DNA of 64,000 nucleotides from a virus (IMGVR_UViG_3300036803_000075:43725-107724); one strand, 5' to 3'; shown: positions 42,923 to 52,538, numbered from the stretch's first letter. Numbers and translations: made by a program. The notes: a model not told the origin generated them from the letters alone.

Positions 42923-43582
42923 CTATTCGCCGACAACGCCCTTGCGATTTTTGTCAGCGCGCTCGGCCTCCAGGACACGGTTGGCCTCCTCGTCGGAGGT
43001 GCTCCCGTCGGTCAGGTAGGCATTGACCTCTTCGACCGTATGATCAGAGGGGTTGAACGGCCCCTCTGCCTCTACCGCCGCCGGCTCGACACCCGATTCA
43101 GGTGCCGGCTCTGAGACGGGCTCAGACGGTCCGTCCGGTCCGTCGAGCGTCTGTGTACCCGAGACCGCTGCGCCGCCCTTGTACGCGTTGTCAGGCACGT
43201 CGTAGCCCTGCTCCTGCGCCTTCAGCACCAGCGGGTCAGGGCTGTCCGGGTCAAGCCGCTGTGCCTGCTCCTGCGGAGTCAGCACCTCGTCAATGTGCAG
43301 GGTGCCCTCGGGGATCGGGTTCGGCACGATCAGCTGGCCGGTCGTGGCCGAGCGCTCCTGAGCCTTCTCCTGTTCCGCCGCGAGCTTCTCCCGGTCGGCG
43401 TCGGAGTAGGTGTCCTCGTCGCTGAAGTCCGCGCCGGCCAGATCGGCATCGCGGGCGGCATCCCACACACCCGAGACCTTGCTGGCGTCGCCATGGTCAC
43501 CCCCAAAGACTCCGGTGGTGTCCAGCGTTCCGTAGTGCGCGGTGGGGTCCGGGACGTGGTCCGGGTTCTCCTGGTAAGCCAT
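42923..43582 (-). CDS. Acidic hypothetical protein
   Basis: GAGGGAG RBS; C-terminal TVEEVNAYL..VLEAERADKNRKGV small helical module. Confidence 0.65.
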   Translation of the reverse strand: MAYQENPDHVPDPTAHYGTLDTTGVFGGDHGDASKVSGVWDAARDADLAGADFSDEDTYSDADREKLAAEQEKAQERSATTGQLIVPNPIPEGTLHIDEVLTPQEQAQRLDPDSPDPLVLKAQEQGYDVPDNAYKGGAAVSGTQTLDGPDGPSEPVSEPAPESGVEPAAVEAEGPFNPSDHTVEEVNAYLTDGSTSDEEANRVLEAERADKNRKGVVGE

Positions 43583-43603
43583 GACTAACTTCTCCCTCAG
43601 CTC

Positions 43604-44113
43604 TTAGCGCCGTTCCCAGCGCCATACGGTCTTGCCCTCGGCGTCGCGCCCTTCCTGACGAGTGAAGTCAGGCGCCTGGTAGGCGTGCAGGTCGCATAGC
43701 GGGGGTTCCACCTCGGAGCGCTCTTCACGCATCATCAAGGTAGATCCACATGCTTTGCCGCCCTGTTGAGCGACACATTCCAGGGTGATCAGCTCGGACT
43801 TGGGCGTGTGGGCGATCGTCTTTTCAATCGCCTCGGTGGCCTTGTCCTGCTGATCGAACCAGGCCGTAGTCTGGCGGTCCATCGCCTCGTCGACGGTGGC
43901 CTCATCGCCCACAACCGCCACGATGCGGCGCTTAAGGGCCTGCTGGAACTCCGGCGTACCGGCGGCATCCTCAGAGATGAACTTGATGTCATTACCCTTG
44001 GGGTCGCCTGCGGCTTCCCAGAAGATGTAATTCTTCACGTTGTTGGGATCCAACGACATGACCGTTGGGCCCTTCATGAGGTTGCGAACCGCGATACGCT
44101 GCGCCACCGGCAT
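43604..44113 (-). CDS. Hypothetical late protein with Cys/His motif
   Basis: AGGAG RBS; preceded by the late promoter motif. Confidence 0.65.
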   Translation of the reverse strand: MPVAQRIAVRNLMKGPTVMSLDPNNVKNYIFWEAAGDPKGNDIKFISEDAAGTPEFQQALKRRIVAVVGDEATVDEAMDRQTTAWFDQQDKATEAIEKTIAHTPKSELITLECVAQQGGKACGSTLMMREERSEVEPPLCDLHAYQAPDFTRQEGRDAEGKTVWRWERR

Positions 44114-44144
44114 GGTCTTACTCCTGTTCGGTTTGGTCTTTCTG

Positions 44145-44181
44145 CTCTAACCCTTCCGGGCAGAAAAAGACCTCCGAACAG
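44145..44181 (-). promoter_or_regulatory. Putative late promoter copy (CTGTTC-N19-GAAGGGTTAGAG)
   Basis: Bipartite motif; intergenic. Confidence 0.62.
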
Positions 44182-44233
44182 GACGAAGCCCCGCCTGCCG
44201 AGATGGCTGGCGGGGCTGGGCCAAGGGAGCCGA

Positions 44234-44467
44234 CTATCCGACGATCAGGGCGTGGCAGTCCATGCAGACTATACGAGCGGGAGCCTCGAATGGACCCTGC
44301 GTGGCGAGCTTGTTCTTGTGCTTGCAGATCTGCTGCAGTGCATGCTGGGCCTCATCCTGAGCGGAACAGTTACAGGACGAGCCATAGTCCATGCTGCAGG
44401 CACAGCCACTCTGCATGATCTTCGTCAGAGCGACGACCGCGATTTCCAGTCGCTCGTCCTTGGTCAT
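44234..44467 (-). CDS. Small Cys-rich hypothetical protein
   Basis: TGATG coupling; several Cys pairs. Confidence 0.55.
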   Translation of the reverse strand: MTKDERLEIAVVALTKIMQSGCACSMDYGSSCNCSAQDEAQHALQQICKHKNKLATQGPFEAPARIVCMDCHALIVG

Positions 44468-44703
44468 CAGTTCACGCCCCACTCATCCGGCGAGGGAGGA
44501 GCCCAGTCGATGAGCTTTCTTTCGACAACTCCCGAGGGGACTCGGACACCATAGATGTGCGGTCCGAAGATCGTGTACGGCACGTTGTCATCCAGCTCAG
44601 CCCGGATCCGGATTGCGTCTCGGGGATCCACCTCATCGATCAGATGGGTCACCATCTCGTCGAGCTTGCGTCTCGCCCAGGCCAGGATCTCGTCCGGGGT
44701 CAT
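44467..44703 (-). CDS. Small hypothetical protein
   Basis: ATGA coupling with the upstream gene. Confidence 0.55.
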   Translation of the reverse strand: MTPDEILAWARRKLDEMVTHLIDEVDPRDAIRIRAELDDNVPYTIFGPHIYGVRVPSGVVERKLIDWAPPSPDEWGVN

Positions 44704-45272
44704 GCCTCGTTGTCCTCCTTGGACTCCAGCGCCTCACAGAAGGCTTCCTTGGAGGGAAGCTCATCCAACGGCCAGCTGGCGAGCAGCTTAATCGGGTAGT
44801 AACCCCTATCCGGTTCGGTGGTCGGCGAAGCGAACCGTCCTGCCGTGTGAGGCTGCTCCTGGAAACCTTTGTAAGCCTCAAGCACGTTGGCATCCAAGTC
44901 GACAACGTAGCCCCACTCGCAGAACAGCGAGTCGTACGGGAAGTCGCTGCCGTCCTCGACATAGCCGGCCTCCAGGGTCTTGGCCGGATCGCCCTGAGTC
45001 TGGTGGAGTAAGACGTACCAGTCCTTCAGGGAGCGAGTGCTGACGTTCGTGTTGGCGTACTGCTTCAGCTTCTCGATCTGCTCCGGGGTGGGCTCGGCCT
45101 CCGAGTCGACAAGCGTCAGATCACGAGCCTGCTGTTTGATCTTGTCCAACTCAGCTGTCCGGAGGAACTCCAGAATGTCGACTCCCAGCCCGGTTGGGTA
45201 CGAGTCGAAGTGGTTGTAAGCGATCTTCAGCTCGCCATCGATGGCGAACCCCATCGCGCCGCGTGTGCCCAT
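44700..45272 (-). CDS. Conserved phage hypothetical protein (MGTR...YNHFDSYP type)
   Basis: MGTRG, YNHFDSYPTGLG and EWGYVVDLD motifs; RBS. Confidence 0.7.
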   Translation of the reverse strand: MGTRGAMGFAIDGELKIAYNHFDSYPTGLGVDILEFLRTAELDKIKQQARDLTLVDSEAEPTPEQIEKLKQYANTNVSTRSLKDWYVLLHQTQGDPAKTLEAGYVEDGSDFPYDSLFCEWGYVVDLDANVLEAYKGFQEQPHTAGRFASPTTEPDRGYYPIKLLASWPLDELPSKEAFCEALESKEDNEA

Positions 45273-45297
45273 GTTCTTACCCCTTCTCAGAGAAGAA

Positions 45298-45325
45298 GGG
45301 CCGGGGAGCTGATCTCCCCGGCCCG
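45298..45325. terminator. Hairpin, putative terminator
   Basis: GGGCCGGGGAG...CTCCCCGGCCC inverted repeat. Confidence 0.5.
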
Positions 45326-45331
45326 GTGTGA

Positions 45332-45655
45332 CTACCAGCGGAAGCTGCCGCCGTCCATGCCGACTACGTCAAAGCCCGCGCGGAGGAAGTTCCCCGCCTC
45401 GTACCGGTCTTCGGCGTAACGCCATCCCTCGCGCTCCTGGGCCTCCAGCGTGACGTGCTCGTGGCCGGCTTCGCACTCCCAGCCGCGCGGGGTCTCATAA
45501 CCGCCAGCGCCACATTCCAGGATGACCTTGCCGCCGTCTTCGTCGTAGCCCCGATCCTCCAGCCAGCTGCACGGGAACACGAGACCCTGCGAGCAAAGCA
45601 AAACGGTGGCGACGGCGTAGTGGGTCTGGTGGCAGTGTGCGCACTTGATGGTCAT
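45332..45655 (-). CDS. Zn-finger-like hypothetical protein
   Basis: CAHC..H..C and CEAGH motifs; CAGGAGG RBS and GCCAGAGATC leader. Confidence 0.7.
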   Translation of the reverse strand: MTIKCAHCHQTHYAVATVLLCSQGLVFPCSWLEDRGYDEDGGKVILECGAGGYETPRGWECEAGHEHVTLEAQEREGWRYAEDRYEAGNFLRAGFDVVGMDGGSFRW

Positions 45656-45727
45656 GATGTCCTCCTGAAGGGCTGATCTCTGGCTGTCTCCAGTTTGACA
45701 TATAAAAATCTCTGGCACAAGACCCAG

Positions 45728-46489
45728 TTAGCTGTCGAAACAGAAAATGACCCGGACCTGGTCGGTGCTGGGCTCGATCGTCTTCTCGATCTTCTTGCGC
45801 ATCGCGCCCGAGCCCTCCCACCGAGCGACCTTCTTGAGCTGGGGAAGCGAGAGCAGGTCCCGCAGGGCCGGCAGAGTCTCGGTGTAGAAGCTGCCCACCC
45901 GCTCGCGGATCGGCTGACTCCACTCGATCTCGATGCCCGAGACAGCCTCCTGCTCGGCCGGCGTCATAGCTTCGTACTGGGCCTCCGTCACGTCGAGGTT
46001 GTTGCCGCCAGTGCGCCAGCTCCAGCCCATCTCTGGAAGCTCGCCGGTCTCCTTGTAGGTGAGGTAGTCGGCCTTCTCCACGTACATGCAGGAGGTCTTC
46101 TGCATCTCCCAGTTAGCCGCCAGCAGCTCGGTGAGCGTCAGGTACGAATGGCTGTGGTAGTTGCCGTCGTCCTTGCCGTTGCCGTGCCGGTCGCGGAAGG
46201 CCGACCAGCAGTTGTCCGGCCAGCCCCGGCAGTCCGACAGCGGCATGATCGGCTCGCCGGTCTTGTGGCCGGCAAAGCCCAAACCGTTGCGTACGTTCCC
46301 CAGGAAGCCGAACAGGTCGTAGTTACGGCCGGTGTAGGGCTCTTCGGTGAACTGCTCCCACGGGAAGTCGCGCTCGGCGTCGTAATAGCCGTACTTGAAG
46401 ATCGGACCGACGGGATACCAGTAGTCATTGCGGCTGTCCAGCGAGTTGGCCTTCAGTACCTCGACGGACATGTGGATGTCTGCACCCAT
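45728..46489 (-). CDS. Conserved phage hypothetical protein (MGxDIH..RNYxLF..HSHSYLTLxEL..RVIFxFDS)
   Basis: Recognisable phage motif set; AAGGAG RBS. Confidence 0.72.
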   Translation of the reverse strand: MGADIHMSVEVLKANSLDSRNDYWYPVGPIFKYGYYDAERDFPWEQFTEEPYTGRNYDLFGFLGNVRNGLGFAGHKTGEPIMPLSDCRGWPDNCWSAFRDRHGNGKDDGNYHSHSYLTLTELLAANWEMQKTSCMYVEKADYLTYKETGELPEMGWSWRTGGNNLDVTEAQYEAMTPAEQEAVSGIEIEWSQPIRERVGSFYTETLPALRDLLSLPQLKKVARWEGSGAMRKKIEKTIEPSTDQVRVIFCFDS

Positions 46490-46592
46490 GAGGGCGTCTC
46501 CTTCTGGCAGGGGGGTTGGGTAGTTCGCACTGTAACATCGAACCGGCACCTAGGAAACCAGGTGTTCTGACTCACTTCAATCGACTAGGTAC

Positions 46593-46656
46593 TTGACGAG
46601 TACTCGTAGAGATATGTAGCTTAAGCGGGCCTTCAGCAGTTCTGCTGAGAGTACTC
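46593..46656 (+). promoter_or_regulatory. Sigma70-type promoter with palindromic GAGTACTC boxes
   Basis: TTGACG-N18-TAGCTT; ACGAGTACTCGT at 46596-46607 and GAGTACTC at 46649-46656. Confidence 0.5.
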
Positions 46657-46679
46657 AACACCAAGTAAGGAGATAGCCC

Positions 46680-47105
46680 GTGGCATATGTGTCTGTTCCC
46701 ATCCCCGAGGAGCGAGTGGCGGAGGTCTACGCCCTACTCTCTGGGAAGCTCGAAACGATCCCCACCGGTCAGGCGTACGAGGAAGAGCCCCTCCCCATCG
46801 AGCCCAAGCTCGCCCGCGCTCCCTGGGGAATGGGTCCTGGTCTGGTCAAGAAGGCCTTTCTGGGCGGCGCCTCCGAGTACTGGAAGCCTTTTCTGACCTA
46901 CCTGCACGACTACCCCGACGAATGGATCAACCAGGACGACGTTATCGTCCTTTTGGAAATGGAGCCCACCAGCTTCCCCGGTTTCCTCGGCGCGGCGGAG
47001 CGTCGGTGCAAGAAGCGCCCTCCGTACGTCAAGAAGCGCATCAACGATCGGGTCCACTTCATGATGCCTCGTTCAGTCGCCGAGGTTATCGAGGGTTTGC
47101 TCTAG
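46680..47105 (+). CDS. Hypothetical protein (possible winged-helix)
   Basis: AAGGAG RBS; has its own promoter. Confidence 0.65.
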   Translation: MAYVSVPIPEERVAEVYALLSGKLETIPTGQAYEEEPLPIEPKLARAPWGMGPGLVKKAFLGGASEYWKPFLTYLHDYPDEWINQDDVIVLLEMEPTSFPGFLGAAERRCKKRPPYVKKRINDRVHFMMPRSVAEVIEGLL

Positions 47106-47167
47106 GCGGATTTAAAGATCTCTGGTAGGTTGACTCCCGCCAGAGATCTTTGTCTAAGGAGGACACC

Positions 47168-47407
47168 ATGCCTTTCGCCCGTACGATCCAGCCCGTCGCC
47201 ATCGACCCACCGCACTGCGGCTGCACCGAGTGCCTGACCGGCGAGTACGTACCGCTGGAGCTGGCGACCCACGAGCAGGTGGTCCTGATGCTGATGGGCA
47301 AGATCCGCGACAACACCAGCGTCGATTTCCGCATCTGCGTCAGGTCCGAGGACTTCGCGAAGACCTGGGACGTAACCGACGAGGCGCAGCTCGCGCCGCT
47401 CGACTGA
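47168..47407 (+). CDS. Small hypothetical protein (CGCTECLTGEYVPL)
   Basis: AAGGAGG RBS; GCCAGAGATC leader. Confidence 0.7.
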   Translation: MPFARTIQPVAIDPPHCGCTECLTGEYVPLELATHEQVVLMLMGKIRDNTSVDFRICVRSEDFAKTWDVTDEAQLAPLD

Positions 47408-47460
47408 CCGTCACCGACCACTACGCCAACGGTACCCAGGATGCTCGCGTCGGTGACCAA

Positions 47461-47489
47461 GAGGACCCCGTCTCGGGGGCGGGGTCCTC
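47461..47489 (+). terminator. Hairpin, putative terminator
   Basis: GAGGACCCCG...CGGGGTCCTC followed by GCTTT. Confidence 0.55.
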
Positions 47490-47535
47490 GCTTTACGCTC
47501 TACTAAGGCCAGAGATCAAAACAGGAGGGAACATC

Positions 47536-47973
47536 ATGGTGCGGATCCACGCCGCAGTCGTCGCCGCCATCGGAGCGGGGCTACTCGCCTTAGGCCTCGT
47601 CGGTGGCATCCTGATCGGCTGGAGTGCGGCGCCGCACCTGAGCCCGACTCCCAAGGCCTCGGTCAAGATCACTACGGTGGAGCTGATTTACAGCTACCGG
47701 GATCTGTCAAGTGATGCCAGTCAGGGCTGCCCGACCAAGCGGATCTCAACGATCTTGGACCCCAGTGGTCAGCTCATGGCCTTCAGGGACGTAGAGGCCA
47801 CCTCTCTGTCCGGCTACTGCACCTACGAGCTGGTCGAGCCCCTCTTTCCCGTCGGCTACGACTTCCACATCGACGTGGCCAACACCGACAACGTGGGGCA
47901 TGTCGAGGTGTCGTACTACCAGCGGTGGGCCAACCTCCACGGCAACTACCACATCACCTTCAACAATAAGTAG
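47536..47973 (+). CDS. Membrane-anchored hypothetical protein
   Basis: AGGAGG RBS; N-terminal TM helix. Confidence 0.65.
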   Translation: MVRIHAAVVAAIGAGLLALGLVGGILIGWSAAPHLSPTPKASVKITTVELIYSYRDLSSDASQGCPTKRISTILDPSGQLMAFRDVEATSLSGYCTYELVEPLFPVGYDFHIDVANTDNVGHVEVSYYQRWANLHGNYHITFNNK

Positions 47974-47978
47974 GGGTC

Positions 47979-48335
47979 ATGGCCAACGAGCACTTCCCGC
48001 TGCGGTCGAAGATCATCCTGACAGTCGGGGGACTGCTGTTCCTGGGGCTCATCAGCATCACTGCGTGGGCTGGCTACCAGTACCAGGGACAGACCCGGTC
48101 CAATACCGACTTCGTCAACCAGGTCCACGCCCAGCATCTCGGCAACGGGATTTCCGATCCCGAGCTGATCCAGGCCGGCATGTGGGTCTGTGTTGAGGCG
48201 GACCAGCCGACCACCACGGCGGCATTGGTCGCCGGCCTGGGAAAGCGGTCCAACTTCCCAGCCGCCACGGCGAAGGCGGTGATCAAGCCAGCTCTGCAGA
48301 ACTACTGTCCCGTCAATGAATCACACGTGAAATGA
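47979..48335 (+). CDS. Membrane-anchored DUF732-like protein
   Basis: TM helix, then DFV..LIQAGMWVC..ALQNYCP pattern. Confidence 0.55.
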   Translation: MANEHFPLRSKIILTVGGLLFLGLISITAWAGYQYQGQTRSNTDFVNQVHAQHLGNGISDPELIQAGMWVCVEADQPTTTAALVAGLGKRSNFPAATAKAVIKPALQNYCPVNESHVK

Positions 48336-48355
48336 TCACAACGAAAGGTAGCTAC

Positions 48356-49432
48356 ATGAAGCGGAAGCTTCTCAGCCTGCTGGGCGCGGTCGCACTCACC
48401 GCAGGACTGATCACGATTGGAGCGACGCCGGCTCAGGCGCTGCCCACGTGGCAGGTAAACCAGGCCATCATCAGTTCACCGGACGATGGCAGCACCCCGT
48501 GGGCGAGGGACTCCTTCACCCGCAAGACGACCATCAAGCAGACCGGCACCGGCACCTACCGGTTGGACGTGACCGACACCGGCACCTTCAAGACCGGAAC
48601 TGCTGGACCGCACCTCGGCGGTTCCAACGGCGGTGACATAGTCAACCCCGACGTGGTGGGCACCTTCAGCGGTAATCTTCACTTCAACGTGACGGGCACC
48701 CTGCTGAACAGTGCCGCGTTGGCCGCGCTGCAGACCTCGTACGACTACACGGGGGTGGCGGACAAGAACAGCGTTCCGGCCGATCTTCCGACCACGGGAA
48801 CTTGGTACAAACACTTCTTCTCAGCCACGACTACCGCTGACTTCTTTGGCTGGACGTGGACCTATCAGACTCCGTGCGAAAAGATGATCCAGTCTGAGGC
48901 TGATGGCGTCGATGGCAATGTCGTCGGATACAACTGCGTCACTCCGGGCATCCCGACGTATACCAACGCCACCTGCTCCAACCCGTACGCGATCTTGCAC
49001 ATCCCAGCTACCGTGGGTGTCACGTACAACTACGCAGACGGTCGCGGTGTGGTCGCCGGCTCGGACGTGGTCATCAATGCCACGGCCGCCACTGGCTACA
49101 AGATCACTACTGGGGCCACCGCGAGCTGGGAGTATGCCACCCAGCAGGCCCCGCAGCCGTCTGACTGCCACCCGCCGGTCAACCGCTACCCGGGCAACCC
49201 CCGGCCGACCGGTACCAAGGCATACTACGTTTCCACCGCCGGCCAGACCTGGCAGACAGTCCTGAACAACCTGCACTACAGCGGCACCAACATCGCCGCC
49301 TTGCAGCAGTGGAACAAGACCCACTCCGCCTCATACGCCGGCAAGACCTCCAGTCCGGTGTACTCCAGCTGGTGGAACCTCAACAAAGCCTCGGTCATCG
49401 CGGTCCCAACCAGCTCTCCGGGCGTTCTGTAG
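48356..49432 (+). CDS. Secreted protein with possible LysM-like C-terminus
   Basis: Signal peptide MKRKLL...PAQA; C-terminal YYVSTAGQTW..IAALQQWN. Confidence 0.65.
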   Translation: MKRKLLSLLGAVALTAGLITIGATPAQALPTWQVNQAIISSPDDGSTPWARDSFTRKTTIKQTGTGTYRLDVTDTGTFKTGTAGPHLGGSNGGDIVNPDVVGTFSGNLHFNVTGTLLNSAALAALQTSYDYTGVADKNSVPADLPTTGTWYKHFFSATTTADFFGWTWTYQTPCEKMIQSEADGVDGNVVGYNCVTPGIPTYTNATCSNPYAILHIPATVGVTYNYADGRGVVAGSDVVINATAATGYKITTGATASWEYATQQAPQPSDCHPPVNRYPGNPRPTGTKAYYVSTAGQTWQTVLNNLHYSGTNIAALQQWNKTHSASYAGKTSSPVYSSWWNLNKASVIAVPTSSPGVL

Positions 49433-49448
49433 CTCGGAACACGAAACT

Positions 49449-49513
49449 CGCACGGCGTGGTTGGGCCAGGTGTGGCGCGGCTGGGTGCGGCGGGGCACGG
49501 CACGGCTAGGTAA
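49449..49513 (+). ncRNA. Orphan GGY-NN tract (12 pentamers)
   Basis: CGCAC then GGCGT GGTTG GGCCA GGTGT GGCGC GGCTG GGTGC GGCGG GGCAC GGCAC GGCTA GGTAA; intergenic; same strand and grammar as arrays A and B. Confidence 0.7.
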
Positions 49514-49520
49514 AACACGC

Positions 49521-49553
49521 AACAGCCCCGGAGAGCGAATCTCCGGGGCTGTT
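49521..49553. terminator. Bidirectional terminator-like hairpin
   Basis: AACAGCCCCGGAGA-GCGAA-TCTCCGGGGCTGTT between convergent genes. Confidence 0.7.
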
Positions 49554-49749
49554 GGCTATCTGGAGCTACTTGCCGTCTCGCTTGGTGTTCTGGACGCCTG
49601 TGTTCGGCCTGGGCCTGCCTCCGGTGCCCTGACGCTGCGGCAGTACCGGCGGATCGTGCTTGGGCTGATAGTTAGCCGGCCGCTTGGGATTGACCTGACC
49701 TGACGAGTCAGAGTGCTTGGCCACGGGGAAGAATCCTCCTAGGAAACGG

Positions 49750-49974
49750 TCAACGGGGATGAATCTCTACCGTAGCAGGACTTACCGAAGTGATCTTGCG
49801 GGCTACCTGGATACCCAGCCAGCCGGCGCCCGCTACGGACACAGTGATGGCACCGAGTACTCCCAGCCCCAACAAGGCCGCCGTACGCGGGCAGGACTGC
49901 TTGGGCGGCTGCTGGGACCTCTCACGGGTTTTCTTGACGTACTCGCCCCAGGACTCCCCCTTACGGCGGGCCAT
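49750..49974 (-). CDS. Small membrane protein
   Basis: TAATG coupling; hydrophobic segment. Confidence 0.5.
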   Translation of the reverse strand: MARRKGESWGEYVKKTRERSQQPPKQSCPRTAALLGLGVLGAITVSVAGAGWLGIQVARKITSVSPATVEIHPR

Positions 49975-50147
49975 TACAGGGCGATCTTCCGGTCGCCCAG
50001 CTTCGGCCCGGGCAGCTTGCCGGACTCGTCCAGGTAGATCACCAGCTTCTGAGCGGCAGTGGTGACCACCACGCCGACGACCGCCAGGATGGCAGTGTCG
50101 ACCATCTTGCGCGGGAGGGTCTTCTCGGGCTTGGTCTTGATCTTCAT
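49974..50147 (-). CDS. Small membrane protein
   Basis: AAGGAG RBS; hydrophobic segment. Confidence 0.55.
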   Translation of the reverse strand: MKIKTKPEKTLPRKMVDTAILAVVGVVVTTAAQKLVIYLDESGKLPGPKLGDRKIAL

Positions 50148-50346
50148 CAGATCTCCTTGACGACGTGACGAACTTGAGCGTTCCGAATGGTGCGGTCGGT
50201 CAACCAGACCGCACCGACTGATGCGGCACTGATCATCGCGAGAGCGCCAAGCCCCACGAGGGCAACCATCCGGCAGCATCCCCAAACCCATCTATCGGGC
50301 CTGTCACTCATGATCCTCCTATAAAAATCTCTGGACCAGATCTACC

Positions 50347-50979
50347 TTACGGCCCGGAGTCAGAGGCGGGGACTCCGGGTGACTCGGGTCCGGAAGGAGC
50401 GGCGCTGACAGGCGGTACCTCGGAAGGCGAAGGGGTCAAGGTCAGAGAGGGAGATGGAGTCAGGATCAGGGACGGCGAAGGAATTGAGGTCGGTGACAGC
50501 GATGGCGTCGGTCGGTAGGAGCGCCTGATCGAGGGAGAGGGCGTAGAGGTCGGGCGGGAGGGGGCTGGCGCTCCGCCGCCGACGCTGGTGCCGCCGTCAG
50601 GCCTGCCATGCAGCAGGGACGACAGCGAGCCGCCACCGGTCACCTCAACGCCGAAGACGACTCCCATGCCCAGAGCGAACACCAGGGCACTGACCGCCGC
50701 GACGGCCGGCCAGCGTACGCGCCGGAGCAACGTCGACAGCGGCACAGCCTGTCGCAGTCTCTCGTTGGTGGACCGCAGCGACACCTCGTAGATCGCGGTC
50801 CCGACGGTGATGATGATCGATCCGAGGCCTGCTCCGACCAGCGTTCCGGCGATACCGAAGAAAGATGCCGCGACAGCCGCTGTCACCGCCGCCAGGGCGC
50901 CGCCGATCAGCTTGTGGTAGTTCAGACCGAGCTGGTCCTTGATGGAGGGCTTGGGCTTAGTTGGCAGTGGGGAAGACAT
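50347..50979 (-). CDS. Membrane protein with Pro/Ser-rich C-terminus
   Basis: GGALAAVTAAVAASFFGIAGTLVGAGLGS hydrophobic block; TPSPS repeats; start at 50979 behind TAAGGA. Confidence 0.65.
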   Translation of the reverse strand: MSSPLPTKPKPSIKDQLGLNYHKLIGGALAAVTAAVAASFFGIAGTLVGAGLGSIIITVGTAIYEVSLRSTNERLRQAVPLSTLLRRVRWPAVAAVSALVFALGMGVVFGVEVTGGGSLSSLLHGRPDGGTSVGGGAPAPSRPTSTPSPSIRRSYRPTPSLSPTSIPSPSLILTPSPSLTLTPSPSEVPPVSAAPSGPESPGVPASDSGP

Positions 50980-51068
50980 GATCCTTACGAGGGGGTCGAG
51001 ATCGGCAGGGGGTCCCCGGAGCATAACGCGGCCAGAGCAGCGTGATCCGTACTGGCCTAATGTCCGGC

Positions 51069-51115
51069 TTGACATTTTAAAATCCCTGGGCGTACTCTGA
51101 GCGGTGCCAGAGATC
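51069..51115 (+). promoter_or_regulatory. Sigma70-type early promoter plus GCCAGAGATC leader
   Basis: TTGACA-TTTTAAAATCCCTGGGCG-TACTCT-N7-GCCAGAGATC; a near twin lies on the minus strand at 61620-61665. Confidence 0.7.
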
Positions 51116-51135
51116 CGTTCGTTCAGGAGGTCCAC

Positions 51136-51528
51136 ATGCCCACTGTCGCGCTCTTCCGCAACAAGTCCGATGGCTGGTCCACGCTCTCCAACCTGGTCCG
51201 GGAGCGTCGTCCGTTCACCAACTCCACCCGTCACTTCCGGGGAGTCACCTCGGTCGAGCTTGGCTGGGATATCTCCGGCCGGCTGTCCGAGCCAGACCGG
51301 AGTGCCTTCGAGACCGCAGCGGCCATGCGGACACTCGACTACGCGATTTACTCGTACGGCACCCCCATCGCCTGGCACACGCCGACCGGCTGGACAGTCC
51401 CGGACACCAAGTACTCCGCTACCACCACCGGCCACCAGGCCCTCGTACAGGCCGCGATCGAGCTGGACCGGCCGGCCGCTGGCTACCTTGGCGAGGGTGA
51501 GATCTGTCAGGCCATGGGCTTGGCGTAA
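51136..51528 (+). CDS. Conserved actinophage hypothetical protein (YSYGTPIAW..KYSATT..HQ)
   Basis: CAGGAGG RBS, promoter and a recognisable motif. Confidence 0.75.
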   Translation: MPTVALFRNKSDGWSTLSNLVRERRPFTNSTRHFRGVTSVELGWDISGRLSEPDRSAFETAAAMRTLDYAIYSYGTPIAWHTPTGWTVPDTKYSATTTGHQALVQAAIELDRPAAGYLGEGEICQAMGLA

Positions 51529-51723
51529 AGGAGGACATCATGGCCAGAGCCAACTTCGAGCTGATCAAAGAGGTCATCGCGGCGATCGCAGGGTGCGCCT
51601 GCCGGGTCCGCTATGACTACGACGGAGAGCGCATCTGGACTCACTGTGACGAGCACTGCCCCCGAGTGATCTCAGGCGACTGGGACCACTGCAACGGCTG
51701 CTGACACCGAAAGGACCCCGATT

Positions 51724-51987
51724 ATGTCCAGCACCTTCATCCGCGTCGACGACTGTTCAGACGACGAGCGCGTCCACCTCGTCAACCTCGACCACGTGAT
51801 CGATGCCCTCCTCGAATGGCACCTCGCATCCGCCCGGCTGCAAAAGGGATGGGCCATTCGGATCACCTGCAGTGACCAGAGCAGCATCCTGATCGAGCAC
51901 CCTCGATTCAGTGGCTTCAGTACGTCCCGAGAGGCACTCTTCGGCCTGAAGGATCTACTTGACGGAGCTGTCACCTTTAACGGCTGA
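51724..51987 (+). CDS. Small hypothetical protein
   Basis: AAAGGA RBS; VNLDHV resembles LNLAHV in the next gene. Confidence 0.55.
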   Translation: MSSTFIRVDDCSDDERVHLVNLDHVIDALLEWHLASARLQKGWAIRITCSDQSSILIEHPRFSGFSTSREALFGLKDLLDGAVTFNG

Positions 51988-52034
51988 CATGTTAAAATCT
52001 CAGGTATCCCTAGCCTCCAAAGGAAACCACCCCC

Positions 52035-52265
52035 ATGCACTTCGTGCCCATCTCCAGAGACGAGCGGGACTACCATCAGGACACCGCCGAGGACACCTCG
52101 GTCTGGTTGAATCTCGCTCACGTCGTCACCGCAGAGGTCATCAAGAGCGGAGACGAGTTTCGGCTGCAGGCCCGGCTCGCCGAGGGCGGTCTCGTCTTCT
52201 TCGGTCAGCGTTACCTGTCGAACACCACCGCGCACATCGCACTGACGAACTACCTGCGCGGCTAA
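52035..52265 (+). CDS. Small hypothetical protein
   Basis: AAAGGA RBS. Confidence 0.55.
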   Translation: MHFVPISRDERDYHQDTAEDTSVWLNLAHVVTAEVIKSGDEFRLQARLAEGGLVFFGQRYLSNTTAHIALTNYLRG

Positions 52266-52538
52266 GATCTGTCTGGCCATGCTGCCGCCGATGCCCAAAA
52301 GGCAAGCGCCGGACACCAGAAAGCCCCCGACCTGGTACGAACAGGCCAGGGGGTTTCGTGCATCAAGCCTTAGATCGAAGAGTGCAATTCTCTTTGGGCT
52401 CATCCCAGTTCCGACCTGGGCAGAACGCCGCCTCTGCGGTCGACTTGTGCATGTCACAGGTGCAGAACTGCCTTGGGGTAATAAGTGCAGTGTTCACAGT
52501 GTTCGTCATGTCTTGGACTATACCTCAGCCTGTGTAAC

